Of a stretch of 51,743 nucleotides of DNA, positions 36,972 through 45,221 are shown piece after piece (the stretch's first letter is position 1; every line of letters begins with the position of its first letter). The notes under the pieces were generated by a model, which was not told where the DNA came from, made no database searches, and worked only from the letters and a program-made list of their open reading frames with translations. The stretch is from a virus (lineage: Duplodnaviria > Caudoviricetes): positions 1 through 51,743 of IMG/VR virus record IMGVR_UViG_3300023106_000005. The stretch is one strand, 5' to 3'. The translations under genes were made by a program, and so were the position numbers.

Positions 36972-38414
36972 ATGGAATTAAAAAGGCTGCTTTTACTTAA
37001 AAAACTACTGACCGACAAAAAACACTTTGATCTTCGGCAATCGCTTAATGATCCAAACTCACAACAAAACCCCAACTTTAAGATACTCCAAAAATCTATT
37101 AATGAACAGGCTTATAATGATAAAGGCGAATTGGTTTCGGGTTTCCGTGCTGCTGAATTACCTGGTTCATCACGTTCAGGGAAAACATGGTCCGGAGTTG
37201 ATATAATAATTTGGCTTTGTTTATTCAAAGAAACGCATTGTACTATCAATATTTACCGTGAAACTTACAATGAATTCAAAACAACGCTTTACGATGATTT
37301 CAAAAGGCGTTTGGATGATTTCGGTTTAGATAATCCTTTTCACAATGCCAAAGAAGTAAAAAGCTTTAAGATTGGTAAAAATGTCATTTCGTTTCTTGGT
37401 GATGGTAAACACGGGGGAGGTTGTGATTATGCTTTCTTCAATGAGGTTATGTTTATCGGAAATGCTTTATTTGATCAGGTTGAAATGCGTTGTAGAAAAT
37501 TTTGGTGGGCAGATTACAACCCATCATTTACAGAACATTGGTTTTTCAAAGTTGCAGATAGGCCTGATGTGGTTACATTAAAAACTACTTACAAAGATAA
37601 TCCGTTTATTTCTCCGGGTGAAAAGAATAAAATCTTAGGATATGAACCTTGGAAGCCCGGAAGTTATATTGTTAAAGGAGATGATGTTTTTTGTTACAAT
37701 AAAAAAACTGATAAAGTTGAGGTTATAAGCGAAAAGAATCAGCCGCTACCGCATCCAACAAATATTAAAAACGGAACCGCTGACGAGTACATGTGGAAGG
37801 TTTACGGTCTTGGTTTACGTGGAGCAATGAAAGGTCAAATATTTAAAAATGTTGAGTACATAGATGAATTCCCGGATATCGCTTTTTCTTATGGTTTGGA
37901 TTTTGGATTTACTGCGGATCCCTGCACGCTTACAAAATGCGCTGAAGATGATCATAATATTTGGATTGAATTACTTTCTTATCATCCAATGGAAACATCG
38001 GAAACGGTTAGCGAATACATGGAATCGATCGGAATTGATAAAGATCTTCCAATAAGCGCAGATAGCTCAGATAAATATACTTCTGAGAATAACGGAACTG
38101 TTGAAATGGTGCGCGATCTTAGAAAAAAAGGTTGGAAAATATCAAAAGTTAGCAAAACAAAATCTGTTATGTTTCATTTGCTTGCTATGCGTGAAAAGAA
38201 AATTCACATTGTAAACAATCATTTGATTAAATTTGCAAAGACAGAGCAACAAAATTATAAGTTGCGAGAGATCAACGGAATATTTATAAATCAACCTGTT
38301 GATAAATTTAATCACATGTGGGATTCATCACGATATAGACATATGAGCTTTAAAAGCGTTTTAGTTGAAGAACAAATGAATCAATCAGCGCGACAAGCCG
38401 GGGTAAATTATTAA
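36972..38414 (+). CDS. terL: Terminase large subunit (PBSX-like)
   Basis: Walker A GSSRSGKT, Walker B AFFNE, DYNP, TYKDNPF, YGLDFG, D..NH.WD..RY. Confidence 0.95.
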   Translation: MELKRLLLLKKLLTDKKHFDLRQSLNDPNSQQNPNFKILQKSINEQAYNDKGELVSGFRAAELPGSSRSGKTWSGVDIIIWLCLFKETHCTINIYRETYNEFKTTLYDDFKRRLDDFGLDNPFHNAKEVKSFKIGKNVISFLGDGKHGGGCDYAFFNEVMFIGNALFDQVEMRCRKFWWADYNPSFTEHWFFKVADRPDVVTLKTTYKDNPFISPGEKNKILGYEPWKPGSYIVKGDDVFCYNKKTDKVEVISEKNQPLPHPTNIKNGTADEYMWKVYGLGLRGAMKGQIFKNVEYIDEFPDIAFSYGLDFGFTADPCTLTKCAEDDHNIWIELLSYHPMETSETVSEYMESIGIDKDLPISADSSDKYTSENNGTVEMVRDLRKKGWKISKVSKTKSVMFHLLAMREKKIHIVNNHLIKFAKTEQQNYKLREINGIFINQPVDKFNHMWDSSRYRHMSFKSVLVEEQMNQSARQAGVNY

Positions 38415-38432
38415 TTAATATAATAAATAGTT

Positions 38433-39869
38433 ATGGAAGACGAATTAACGGTTAGCGAGATAATATCAGCTGATTTAACCAAAGCAATTACAACGCTTAC
38501 TTCTCAATCAAAAGATAAAAAGATCATTGAGAATTACGTTAAAGAATATACTAACTTAGATCGTACTATTCGTGATACTCAGGTTGGAAATGTTCAAAAA
38601 GATAAAACAATTGGCACCGGCAACAATCAAAGACTTGTTAAGTCAATCCGATCACCTGTTAACTATCAAAAAAAGATTGTTACTACATCATGCGCTTTTG
38701 AAGTAGGCGAACCGGTTACGCTTTCAACAGCGACAATAAACGATTTGTTTAATGAATTATTGCGTTTGTGGAAATCAAACCGTATTGATGATAAATTACA
38801 AAAAGCAAAAACTACACAGAAAAGCCAAACCGAATGCGCAATTCATTTCTTTATTGCTCCAAAAGCAACAGGAACAAAAGCAACTCAGCCAACAGGAACG
38901 AACGAAAAGATTGATATTAAATCAAATGTTTGGACATGGAAAAACGGATTAATGTCGCCTTATTTTGATGCTACTAATGACATGAAAGCTTTTACTTGGC
39001 AATTCGTCACAAAAAACGCTGAAGGAAAAGATATAAATAATACCTGGATATTCGACGAAACCAATGTTTATAAAATTAGTAACGCATCCGGAACATTGGC
39101 TTTGGATGATACCCAATTACATGGATTCGATCGTATTCCAATTGTTTACATGGAACAGGAATTCCCTGAATGGTATGATGTTGAAGGATTAATCGATCGT
39201 TACGAAGTTGCTTTATCTAAATTGGGAGTTTCAAATGATTATTCCGGCCATCCAATACTTTTGACTTATGGAGACTTAAAAGTGCTGCCTGAAATGAATG
39301 ATGATGGTAAAACAATTAATTTTCCTATTAAGTTTAAAGATGATGATGTAAACAAACCTTATAATGGTGATGCAAAATTCTTAACAAATGATAATGCACC
39401 TGAAGCCGTTAAACTTGAAATGGATACCATCAGAGAGCTTTTATTTTCAATCACTCAGACCCCGGACATATCATTTGAAAAAATGAAAAGTATCGGCGCT
39501 ATTTCAGGTACTGCTTTAAAGCTTATGTTTTTGGACCCAATGATTAAGGCAAAAATGAATGAAGGGCAAAACAGAACCATTGTAGAGCGTATTATTAATA
39601 TTTTAATATCAGGAATAACCGGCGCGGTAAATGTTACCTCTAAGGCGCAAACTAATGAATTGGTTGTGGATGTTAAGTTTAATTCTATTCTTCCATCTGA
39701 TACGCTAGAAAATAGCACAATTGCATCAAACGGATTTAGTTCTCAAAGTATTTCACGTTTAGAAAGAGTTAAGTTATTGGATTTAGTTACTGATGTTGAA
39801 GCTGAGGTTTTAAGATTAGCAGAAGAATTTCCGGAAGCCACAACGGAGGTTGTTCCTCCTGTAGTTTAG
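38433..39869 (+). CDS. Portal protein, SPP1 Gp6-like
   Basis: Follows TerL; HGF.RIPIV, LID.Y....S, TPD.SF......SG.ALK. Confidence 0.92.
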   Translation: MEDELTVSEIISADLTKAITTLTSQSKDKKIIENYVKEYTNLDRTIRDTQVGNVQKDKTIGTGNNQRLVKSIRSPVNYQKKIVTTSCAFEVGEPVTLSTATINDLFNELLRLWKSNRIDDKLQKAKTTQKSQTECAIHFFIAPKATGTKATQPTGTNEKIDIKSNVWTWKNGLMSPYFDATNDMKAFTWQFVTKNAEGKDINNTWIFDETNVYKISNASGTLALDDTQLHGFDRIPIVYMEQEFPEWYDVEGLIDRYEVALSKLGVSNDYSGHPILLTYGDLKVLPEMNDDGKTINFPIKFKDDDVNKPYNGDAKFLTNDNAPEAVKLEMDTIRELLFSITQTPDISFEKMKSIGAISGTALKLMFLDPMIKAKMNEGQNRTIVERIINILISGITGAVNVTSKAQTNELVVDVKFNSILPSDTLENSTIASNGFSSQSISRLERVKLLDLVTDVEAEVLRLAEEFPEATTEVVPPVV

Positions 39870-40016
39870 AATGATTCTTAACAAAATATTTTTTATATTT
39901 GGGTTCTAATCTAAAATAGATATTTAAATATTTTATAATCTAAAAAACATAGCCTATGTAATTATTTAACATTAACTAAAAACTAAACGCATCGCCTTTA
40001 TTGTCGGTGCGTTTTT
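39864..40016 (+). other. Palindrome (39864-39882), promoter (39894-39901) and terminator (39985-40016) enclosing a ~110-nt ORF-less unit
   Basis: GTTTAGAAT-G-ATTCTTAAC; TATATTTG; AAACGCATCG...CGGTGCGTTTTT. Confidence 0.5.
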
Positions 40017-40026
40017 CATTTACGTT

Positions 40027-40110
40027 ATTTATAATGATTATAAATTGATGCAAACGAATAAAATATTTGTATAAAATATACATTTGTATTATAAAATCGT
40101 TGTATATTTG
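40027..40110 (+). promoter_or_regulatory. Perfect 19-bp palindrome (40027-40045), TGTAT-n5-ATACA (40068-40082), promoters at 40079-40086 and 40103-40110
   Basis: ATTTATAAT-G-ATTATAAAT; two TAnnTTTG; followed by leader hairpin AAAATGGTTG/CAACCATTTT. Confidence 0.75.
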
Positions 40111-40224
40111 TTGAACCGAAAATTAGTAATTAATTTATTTGATTATTATTTTATTGGTGGTGAGAAAATGGTTGTGAAGTATAGTAGCAACCATTTTTTA
40201 ATATTAATTTTAAACTTAAAAAAT

Positions 40225-40446
40225 ATGATGGAAACAATTATTCAAATCTCAATTATCATAGCAATAAACGCTATTTGGTTTTACTTTTACAAAAAAGCTA
40301 TCCAAAGCAAAATTAACATTACTAAAGAATATGTTGAAAGTCTTAAATCTCATAGTGAGTATTTAAAAAAAGCCAAAAAAGATGGCGAAGAATTAACCAA
40401 AAGCTTAGAGGAAACCGTTAGATTAGTAATTCAACAATTAAAATAA
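40225..40446 (+). CDS. Small membrane-anchored coiled-coil protein
   Basis: Start at MMETII downstream of promoter; N-terminal TM. Confidence 0.6.
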   Translation: MMETIIQISIIIAINAIWFYFYKKAIQSKINITKEYVESLKSHSEYLKKAKKDGEELTKSLEETVRLVIQQLK

Positions 40447-40452
40447 AATACC

Positions 40453-40980
40453 ATGAAAACTAAAAAATCATTATTCGAAAGATTCTACGACTACATTTCA
40501 AACGTTTTATTTGGAGGTAAAAAAACAATATTCATTTTATTTGCGTCTTTATCAATTGCAAATTCATACGCTCAGGATAGAAAAGTTTCTGTTATGGCCG
40601 GATATAAAGCCTTTGAATTATCGGCTACTTATACAGATGAAGAAACTGAATTAATATTTGGTGGATCCGCTTCAATAGTTGATTCAGGAATATCAGAGAA
40701 ACGCGCCAATACAAATGACAAAGGAAAAATTCACAGATTCAAAGGTGATGTTGTTCCTGCTGCTTTTGCTTTAATAGGCGCTAAATTCGACGAATTAAAT
40801 ATCATTGGTAAATTTGGCGGTGCTTATGTTAATCAAACGATCAACGGCAAACATGAAAGCCAAAACATTTACATTGCTTTCGGGGTTGCAATTGATTATG
40901 AGGTTTCGGATCAAATAGGAATACGCGCTTCTTATGATTCTGTAAATGCAGTTATGGCGGGTTTAACTTTTAAATTTTAG
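40453..40980 (+). CDS. Outer-membrane beta-barrel protein (small, probably 8-stranded)
   Basis: Signal peptide ending SYA-Q; alternating amphipathic strands; C-terminal beta-signal AGLTFKF. Confidence 0.75.
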   Translation: MKTKKSLFERFYDYISNVLFGGKKTIFILFASLSIANSYAQDRKVSVMAGYKAFELSATYTDEETELIFGGSASIVDSGISEKRANTNDKGKIHRFKGDVVPAAFALIGAKFDELNIIGKFGGAYVNQTINGKHESQNIYIAFGVAIDYEVSDQIGIRASYDSVNAVMAGLTFKF

Positions 40981-41327
40981 CTTATGAAAGATAAATACAA
41001 AGTTATTAGAGCAGGAAATATAACACTAGCCCAAGGTATTAAATGTGGTAATTGTAATTTAATAAGAAGTTACGATACTCCAAAATGTATTTGTACTAAA
41101 GATTTAACCAAGTAAATTATTAGGGATGGAAGAAAAAGACATAGATAGAATGTGGGCTATTGACACCGATATTCAAATGGGAATTGATATAAGCGAAACA
41201 AGTGCAGAGTTTTATAACAAAAATAGAAAATTAATGATAACTAATTTACAGGAAGAATTAGATCATTGGAAATATCATACTGAAGATTATTAAACATAAA
41301 CCACCTATTTACTAAAAACCTAAAACC

Positions 41328-41813
41328 ATGAAAAAATTAATATCGTCAAAGGAATATATTATCCTTGTTTGGAAAATGGTAGGATTGACCTACATTCAAA
41401 AATTACATTTGTTGGTTGCATACGCTAATTTTTTAAGTAAAAAACTAGAATTATGGATGTTTATACCTTGCAAGTTAGTTGATGGTGTTTGGGTAGTTTT
41501 GGAAGAGCCGGACGGTGATAATTATAAATCAGATGAAGAAAAGGAAATACCAAAATTTGACTATTTTAAATACAAAAAAGATTCAGAAGAATACCAAGAA
41601 GCAAAAGACAGAGTTTTGTTTGAGGGGTTTGAAAAAATAATAACCAATAATTCAGGGAGTTTTGAAATTATGAAAGATGGGTTTCAGGTTTATTATTATA
41701 AGTCAATCCCTGATTATTGTTTATGGTTAGGATCTCAAAAAGAAAAATTAGTAGAAGATTTAGTAAAATACAATTTAGAACTAACCCAAACCGCACAAAA
41801 ACAATTATCATGA
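41328..41813 (+). CDS. Conserved Flavobacteria-phage hypothetical protein (161 aa)
   Basis: YANFL...LELWMF.PC......LEEP, YQEAKDRVLFEGF, EDLVKY.LELT..A. Confidence 0.75.
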   Translation: MKKLISSKEYIILVWKMVGLTYIQKLHLLVAYANFLSKKLELWMFIPCKLVDGVWVVLEEPDGDNYKSDEEKEIPKFDYFKYKKDSEEYQEAKDRVLFEGFEKIITNNSGSFEIMKDGFQVYYYKSIPDYCLWLGSQKEKLVEDLVKYNLELTQTAQKQLS

Positions 41814-42052
41814 ACCCGCCACCACCACCACCATTTAACTGCGTACAGTTTTCGCCTTGTTGGTGTTCATTAGCAGGGCGTGAGAACAACCCGCATTGTA
41901 AAACAGGATTATCTATTGAAAGTAATTTATTTGCTTTGTTATTAGTTGTTTTTATTGTAGTTTATACGCTATGGGTTTTCAAAATTATTAAATCATTTCC
42001 AATTATTTTTAAAAGAAATAGTAATTGGGAGTCTAAAAAAATACTACAATGA
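41810..42052 (+). CDS. Pro/Cys-rich small protein with C-terminal TM helix (80 aa)
   Basis: MNPPPPPP, four Cys, LSIES + TM + basic tail; ATGA overlap. Confidence 0.6.
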   Translation: MNPPPPPPFNCVQFSPCWCSLAGRENNPHCKTGLSIESNLFALLLVVFIVVYTLWVFKIIKSFPIIFKRNSNWESKKILQ

Positions 42053-42226
42053 AAACAAGAAACAAATACTTCGAAAGATTCATCATCACATTATTTTTTA
42101 TTGGTTTTATGGGATGGATAGCGTTTTGCATTCACGTAATAAAAAATGGATCATGAATATCGGTGATAAATGTTTGATCGCCGAATCAACAACAGCAATA
42201 TTATTAATTTTAATTTATTTTATATC

Positions 42227-42439
42227 ATGACAATAGCAATTATTACACCTTCAGAACGTGATTATAGAATGCATGTTCTACAGCAAACACAAACGGATAG
42301 CGAAACAAAATTCGTTCAGGTTAAAGATCTAAATTCCGCGTATGGAATAACTGTAAATGATTACGTTTCAATCACAAATTCAGTAAGAATGCATAATTAT
42401 AATTCGGTTGTTGAAGCCGTTCAAAGAAGAGTAAGATAA
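42227..42439 (+). CDS. Hypothetical protein (70 aa)
   Basis: Start MTIAII; TAATG coupling. Confidence 0.6.
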   Translation: MTIAIITPSERDYRMHVLQQTQTDSETKFVQVKDLNSAYGITVNDYVSITNSVRMHNYNSVVEAVQRRVR

Positions 42440-42654
42440 TGGATAAGCGAATTTTAAATGAAATAGCTAAAAGATGGTGCAAAGGCATTCTTATGATGAA
42501 TGATGTTACTGACGAAAAAACAAACAAATTATTATCCCAAGAAGAAGCTGATTATTTAGTTGCGCAATCTGAAAAGATAGCAAATAGAATTACAGATAAA
42601 CCCGCAGCGATATCTTTAAATGATCTAATTCAGGAATATTACGAGATTGAATAA
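42439..42654 (+). CDS. Hypothetical protein (71 aa)
   Basis: Coupled to previous gene. Confidence 0.6.
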   Translation: MDKRILNEIAKRWCKGILMMNDVTDEKTNKLLSQEEADYLVAQSEKIANRITDKPAAISLNDLIQEYYEIE

Positions 42655-42669
42655 TTTAAAAACTATAAT

Positions 42670-42927
42670 ATGGCAGAACTAAAAGACGTTTCAATTCAAA
42701 AAATAGTAGATCTTATTGGTAATTACATCGTAAAAGATAACATTCCAAATTCAAAGTCAGTAAGTAAATCATTTGGCGAAGTGGAGATAAAAGACACTCG
42801 ATATCAAATTCAAATATCGTTAGTTCCTGGCGAAGAAAATTTCAATCCTGAAAACGGTGTAGTAAGTACTAAAATTAAAAAGTCATGGAAACAAATAATC
42901 ATAAAATTATTCACACGTGAAAAGTAA
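42670..42927 (+). CDS. Hypothetical protein (85 aa)
   Basis: Packed in operon. Confidence 0.6.
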   Translation: MAELKDVSIQKIVDLIGNYIVKDNIPNSKSVSKSFGEVEIKDTRYQIQISLVPGEENFNPENGVVSTKIKKSWKQIIIKLFTREK

Positions 42928-43387
42928 ATTCAAACTCGAAATATTACGCGGAACTATAAACGTTGTGGTAAAAAAGGATTTTACTAAGTTAGCCAAAAAG
43001 CATAAATTAGAATTTCGTGACGAAATAAAATATTATGATGCTTTCGTTTTTCAAAACATTAAAAATAGATTGGATTATTATATTTGCTTTGAAGAAAAAT
43101 ATATTTCGTTTGATACAATATCGCATGAGATAGAACACTTGGTTAATTCAATTTACATTGATCACGGTATTTTTCATGATTCAAATAATGATGAATGGTC
43201 TGCCTACTTTACCGGATGGTTAACAAAAAAGATTACTAATATTTTAAAACCATATTTAATGAAAAAACTAATCCCAAAAGTATCAAAAGAAAAAAGGAAT
43301 AGCAATTCCAAAAACAAAGAATTTAAAACTAAAGTTGATAACTCTAAATCTGATCCGGTTATAGATAATAACCTTTCGGAAAGATAA
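42917..43387 (+). CDS. HExxH zincin-like phage protein
   Basis: TISHEIEHLV....GI......DE..AY. Confidence 0.7.
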   Translation: MKSKFKLEILRGTINVVVKKDFTKLAKKHKLEFRDEIKYYDAFVFQNIKNRLDYYICFEEKYISFDTISHEIEHLVNSIYIDHGIFHDSNNDEWSAYFTGWLTKKITNILKPYLMKKLIPKVSKEKRNSNSKNKEFKTKVDNSKSDPVIDNNLSER

Positions 43388-43411
43388 ATATTAATTATAA
43401 AATAAAAAGAA

Positions 43412-43675
43412 ATGGCAGATATTAAAATTACAGGAACAGTAAAAGAAATCGAAGGATTAAAGCAATCAACTAACGGTTTCAAAACTCAGGAAATAGCAGT
43501 TGATGAAGGCGGCCAATTCGGAACCGTGATTCCTATAAAGTTTTGCGGTGATAAAGGCGTTGCAATTGTGGCTTCTCTGAAAGTGGGTCAAAAAGTAAGT
43601 GTTCAATGCAATTTAAGAGGAACAATTTACAGCGAAAGAAGATTTTTGAATTTGGAAGGTTGGCGAATTGATTAA
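43412..43675 (+). CDS. DUF3127 OB-fold protein (SSB-like)
   Basis: ITG.V.......S.NGF..QE...I.F.GDK......L.VGQ.V.V..NLRG......F..L.GWRI. Confidence 0.85.
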   Translation: MADIKITGTVKEIEGLKQSTNGFKTQEIAVDEGGQFGTVIPIKFCGDKGVAIVASLKVGQKVSVQCNLRGTIYSERRFLNLEGWRID

Positions 43676-43681
43676 AATGTT

Positions 43682-43689
43682 TATATTTG
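43682..43689 (+). promoter_or_regulatory. TATATTTG promoter for the tRNA-like RNA
   Basis: TAnnTTTG ending 4 nt before the predicted acceptor stem. Confidence 0.7.
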
Positions 43690-43693
43690 TTAT

Positions 43694-43926
43694 TCGGGAT
43701 TGGCGGAATAGTGGTAGTAAGGTGTATTTATCCCACAACTAAAACACGTGGTAGACGCTAAAAAAATAGAAGTAAGTGAATAAGTTTTTTTGAATTACAG
43801 AAGCCTGAGTAATAGTCTTATCAATTAAACGAAATCTAACCGAGGATTACAGCCTTATTAATTTAAGTCTCAGGTATCCGTTGAAAAAATCGGTTTCACG
43901 TGAAGGTTCGAATCCTTCATCCCGAA
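43694..43926 (+). ncRNA. tRNA-like RNA (~233 nt): class II (Leu-like) acceptor, D and T arms with large internal insertions
   Basis: Acceptor TCGGGAT/ATCCCGA; TGGCGGAAT...GGTAGACGC D arm; GAAGG-TTCGAAT-CCTTC T arm; no canonical anticodon arm. Confidence 0.75.
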
Positions 43927-43984
43927 CAACTATAGCGAAAGGCGAATTTAGAGAGAAAACAGTAATTAAAAATTGTTTTCATGT

Positions 43985-44013
43985 AAAACCACTCATAATT
44001 GAGTGGTTTTTTT
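43985..44013 (+). terminator. Intrinsic terminator after the tRNA-like RNA
   Basis: AAAACCACTCA-taat-TGAGTGGTTTTTTT. Confidence 0.9.
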
Positions 44014-44031
44014 ATGCCTTTTAGTGAAATA

Positions 44032-44073
44032 ATCTAGAATGAGTATAAATAAGGAATAAATTTTCTACATTTG
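44032..44073 (+). promoter_or_regulatory. 19-bp palindrome (44032-44050) and TACATTTG promoter (44066-44073) of the head-tail operon
   Basis: ATCTAGAAT-G-AGTATAAAT; TAnnTTTG. Confidence 0.7.
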
Positions 44074-44109
44074 TCATTATAAATAACAACAATCTAAAAA
44101 ATTATTTTT

Positions 44110-44775
44110 ATGGCAGTTACAACAGAACAGATTAAGGCACGACTTAAGGTGAAATTTCCTAAGGCGAACTTATCACAAAAAAGGATAGATGCTTTGGCAG
44201 CTAAACTTGCACCAAAGCCAAAAGATGGGGCTACTGATGAAGAGATTGATTCAGTTTTAGAAAATGCAAATGACTTTATATCTTTTGAGGACATCGCTAA
44301 AGAAGATGATCGAATGAGAACATTAGAGGCAAACCAAAAACCTAAAACAGAACCTGCTCCAACTGACCCACCAACACCAAAACCAACTGAACCTGTAATT
44401 ACACCACCTGCCGGTGATGTGCCTGAATGGGCTAAAGCGCTTATTAAGCAAAACGAAACCGTTTTTGCTGAAATTACCGCTTTAAAAACAGGAAATGTTT
44501 TGGCAACAAAAAAGGCAACGGCTGCGGAATTGTTTGGAAAATCTGAAGTGTTGAAAGCTTTAAAAGAAGAGGTTCGCCCAAATTGGATAAACAGAATAAA
44601 TGTAGATTCTGAAACTTCTATTGAAGATCAGATCACCGCATTAGAATCTGAGTACACAATTATAGCGCAATCAAATGCTAATTCAACACCGTATTCCGGA
44701 CCAACTCCAACGGGATTTAATCCAGGAAACAAAGTTGATGATGCGTTAGTTGATTCGGTTGTTGCTTCAATGTAA
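44110..44775 (+). CDS. Capsid scaffolding protein
   Basis: Pro/Thr linker, VPEWAKAL motif, position before decoration and capsid genes. Confidence 0.75.
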   Translation: MAVTTEQIKARLKVKFPKANLSQKRIDALAAKLAPKPKDGATDEEIDSVLENANDFISFEDIAKEDDRMRTLEANQKPKTEPAPTDPPTPKPTEPVITPPAGDVPEWAKALIKQNETVFAEITALKTGNVLATKKATAAELFGKSEVLKALKEEVRPNWINRINVDSETSIEDQITALESEYTIIAQSNANSTPYSGPTPTGFNPGNKVDDALVDSVVASM

Positions 44776-44802
44776 ATATTAATTTAAAAAACAACTAAAA
44801 AG

Positions 44803-45201
44803 ATGCCAACAGCAAATTTAAACAACGAGGGCGTTCAGGTTGATACTACTTGGGATTCAATTATCATCAAAAAACTTTTGGTTGATATTCCCGGCGGTAA
44901 AACGTTAGACGTTACAGGAATCACAGAAGAGGTTTTAAAAGCCGGTCGAGTGATCATCGAACAAACATCTAACGGAGTGTTAAAACCTTTAGCTATTTCA
45001 GAGGGTGCATATGTAACACTTCCTGCAGGACATACCTACAAAGGTATTTTGTACGCTACAATTTTGACCAAAAGACCATTAGCACCGGTTCTTTTATCAG
45101 GTGATGTTAACAATGTAGCAATTGTTAATTATGGTTTACCGGCGGTTCCCGCTGCTGCCATTACAGCACTTGAAAATCACATTTTATTCACAAAGGATTA
45201 A
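44803..45201 (+). CDS. Head decoration/cement protein
   Basis: DIPGG.TLD......LKAG; between scaffold and capsid. Confidence 0.7.
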   Translation: MPTANLNNEGVQVDTTWDSIIIKKLLVDIPGGKTLDVTGITEEVLKAGRVIIEQTSNGVLKPLAISEGAYVTLPAGHTYKGILYATILTKRPLAPVLLSGDVNNVAIVNYGLPAVPAAAITALENHILFTKD

Positions 45202-45221
45202 TCCTAAAAATCATTTAAAAA

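Noticed and set aside
40151-40199. Third copy of the kissing-loop leader
   Set aside because: A leader hairpin exists (AAAATGGTTG/CAACCATTTT) but no upstream complement to its loop and no AAGACAT linker
43694-43926. Canonical tRNA-Leu, tmRNA or intron-containing tRNA
   Set aside because: No 5-bp/7-nt anticodon arm; no G3-U70 Ala acceptor or convincing tag ORF; no group I core found by eye; kept as tRNA-like ncRNA
43927-43984. Theta/HDV-like ribozyme after the tRNA-like RNA
   Set aside because: Only a simple hairpin (GAAAACAGT/ATTGTTTTC) is visible; no nested pseudoknot
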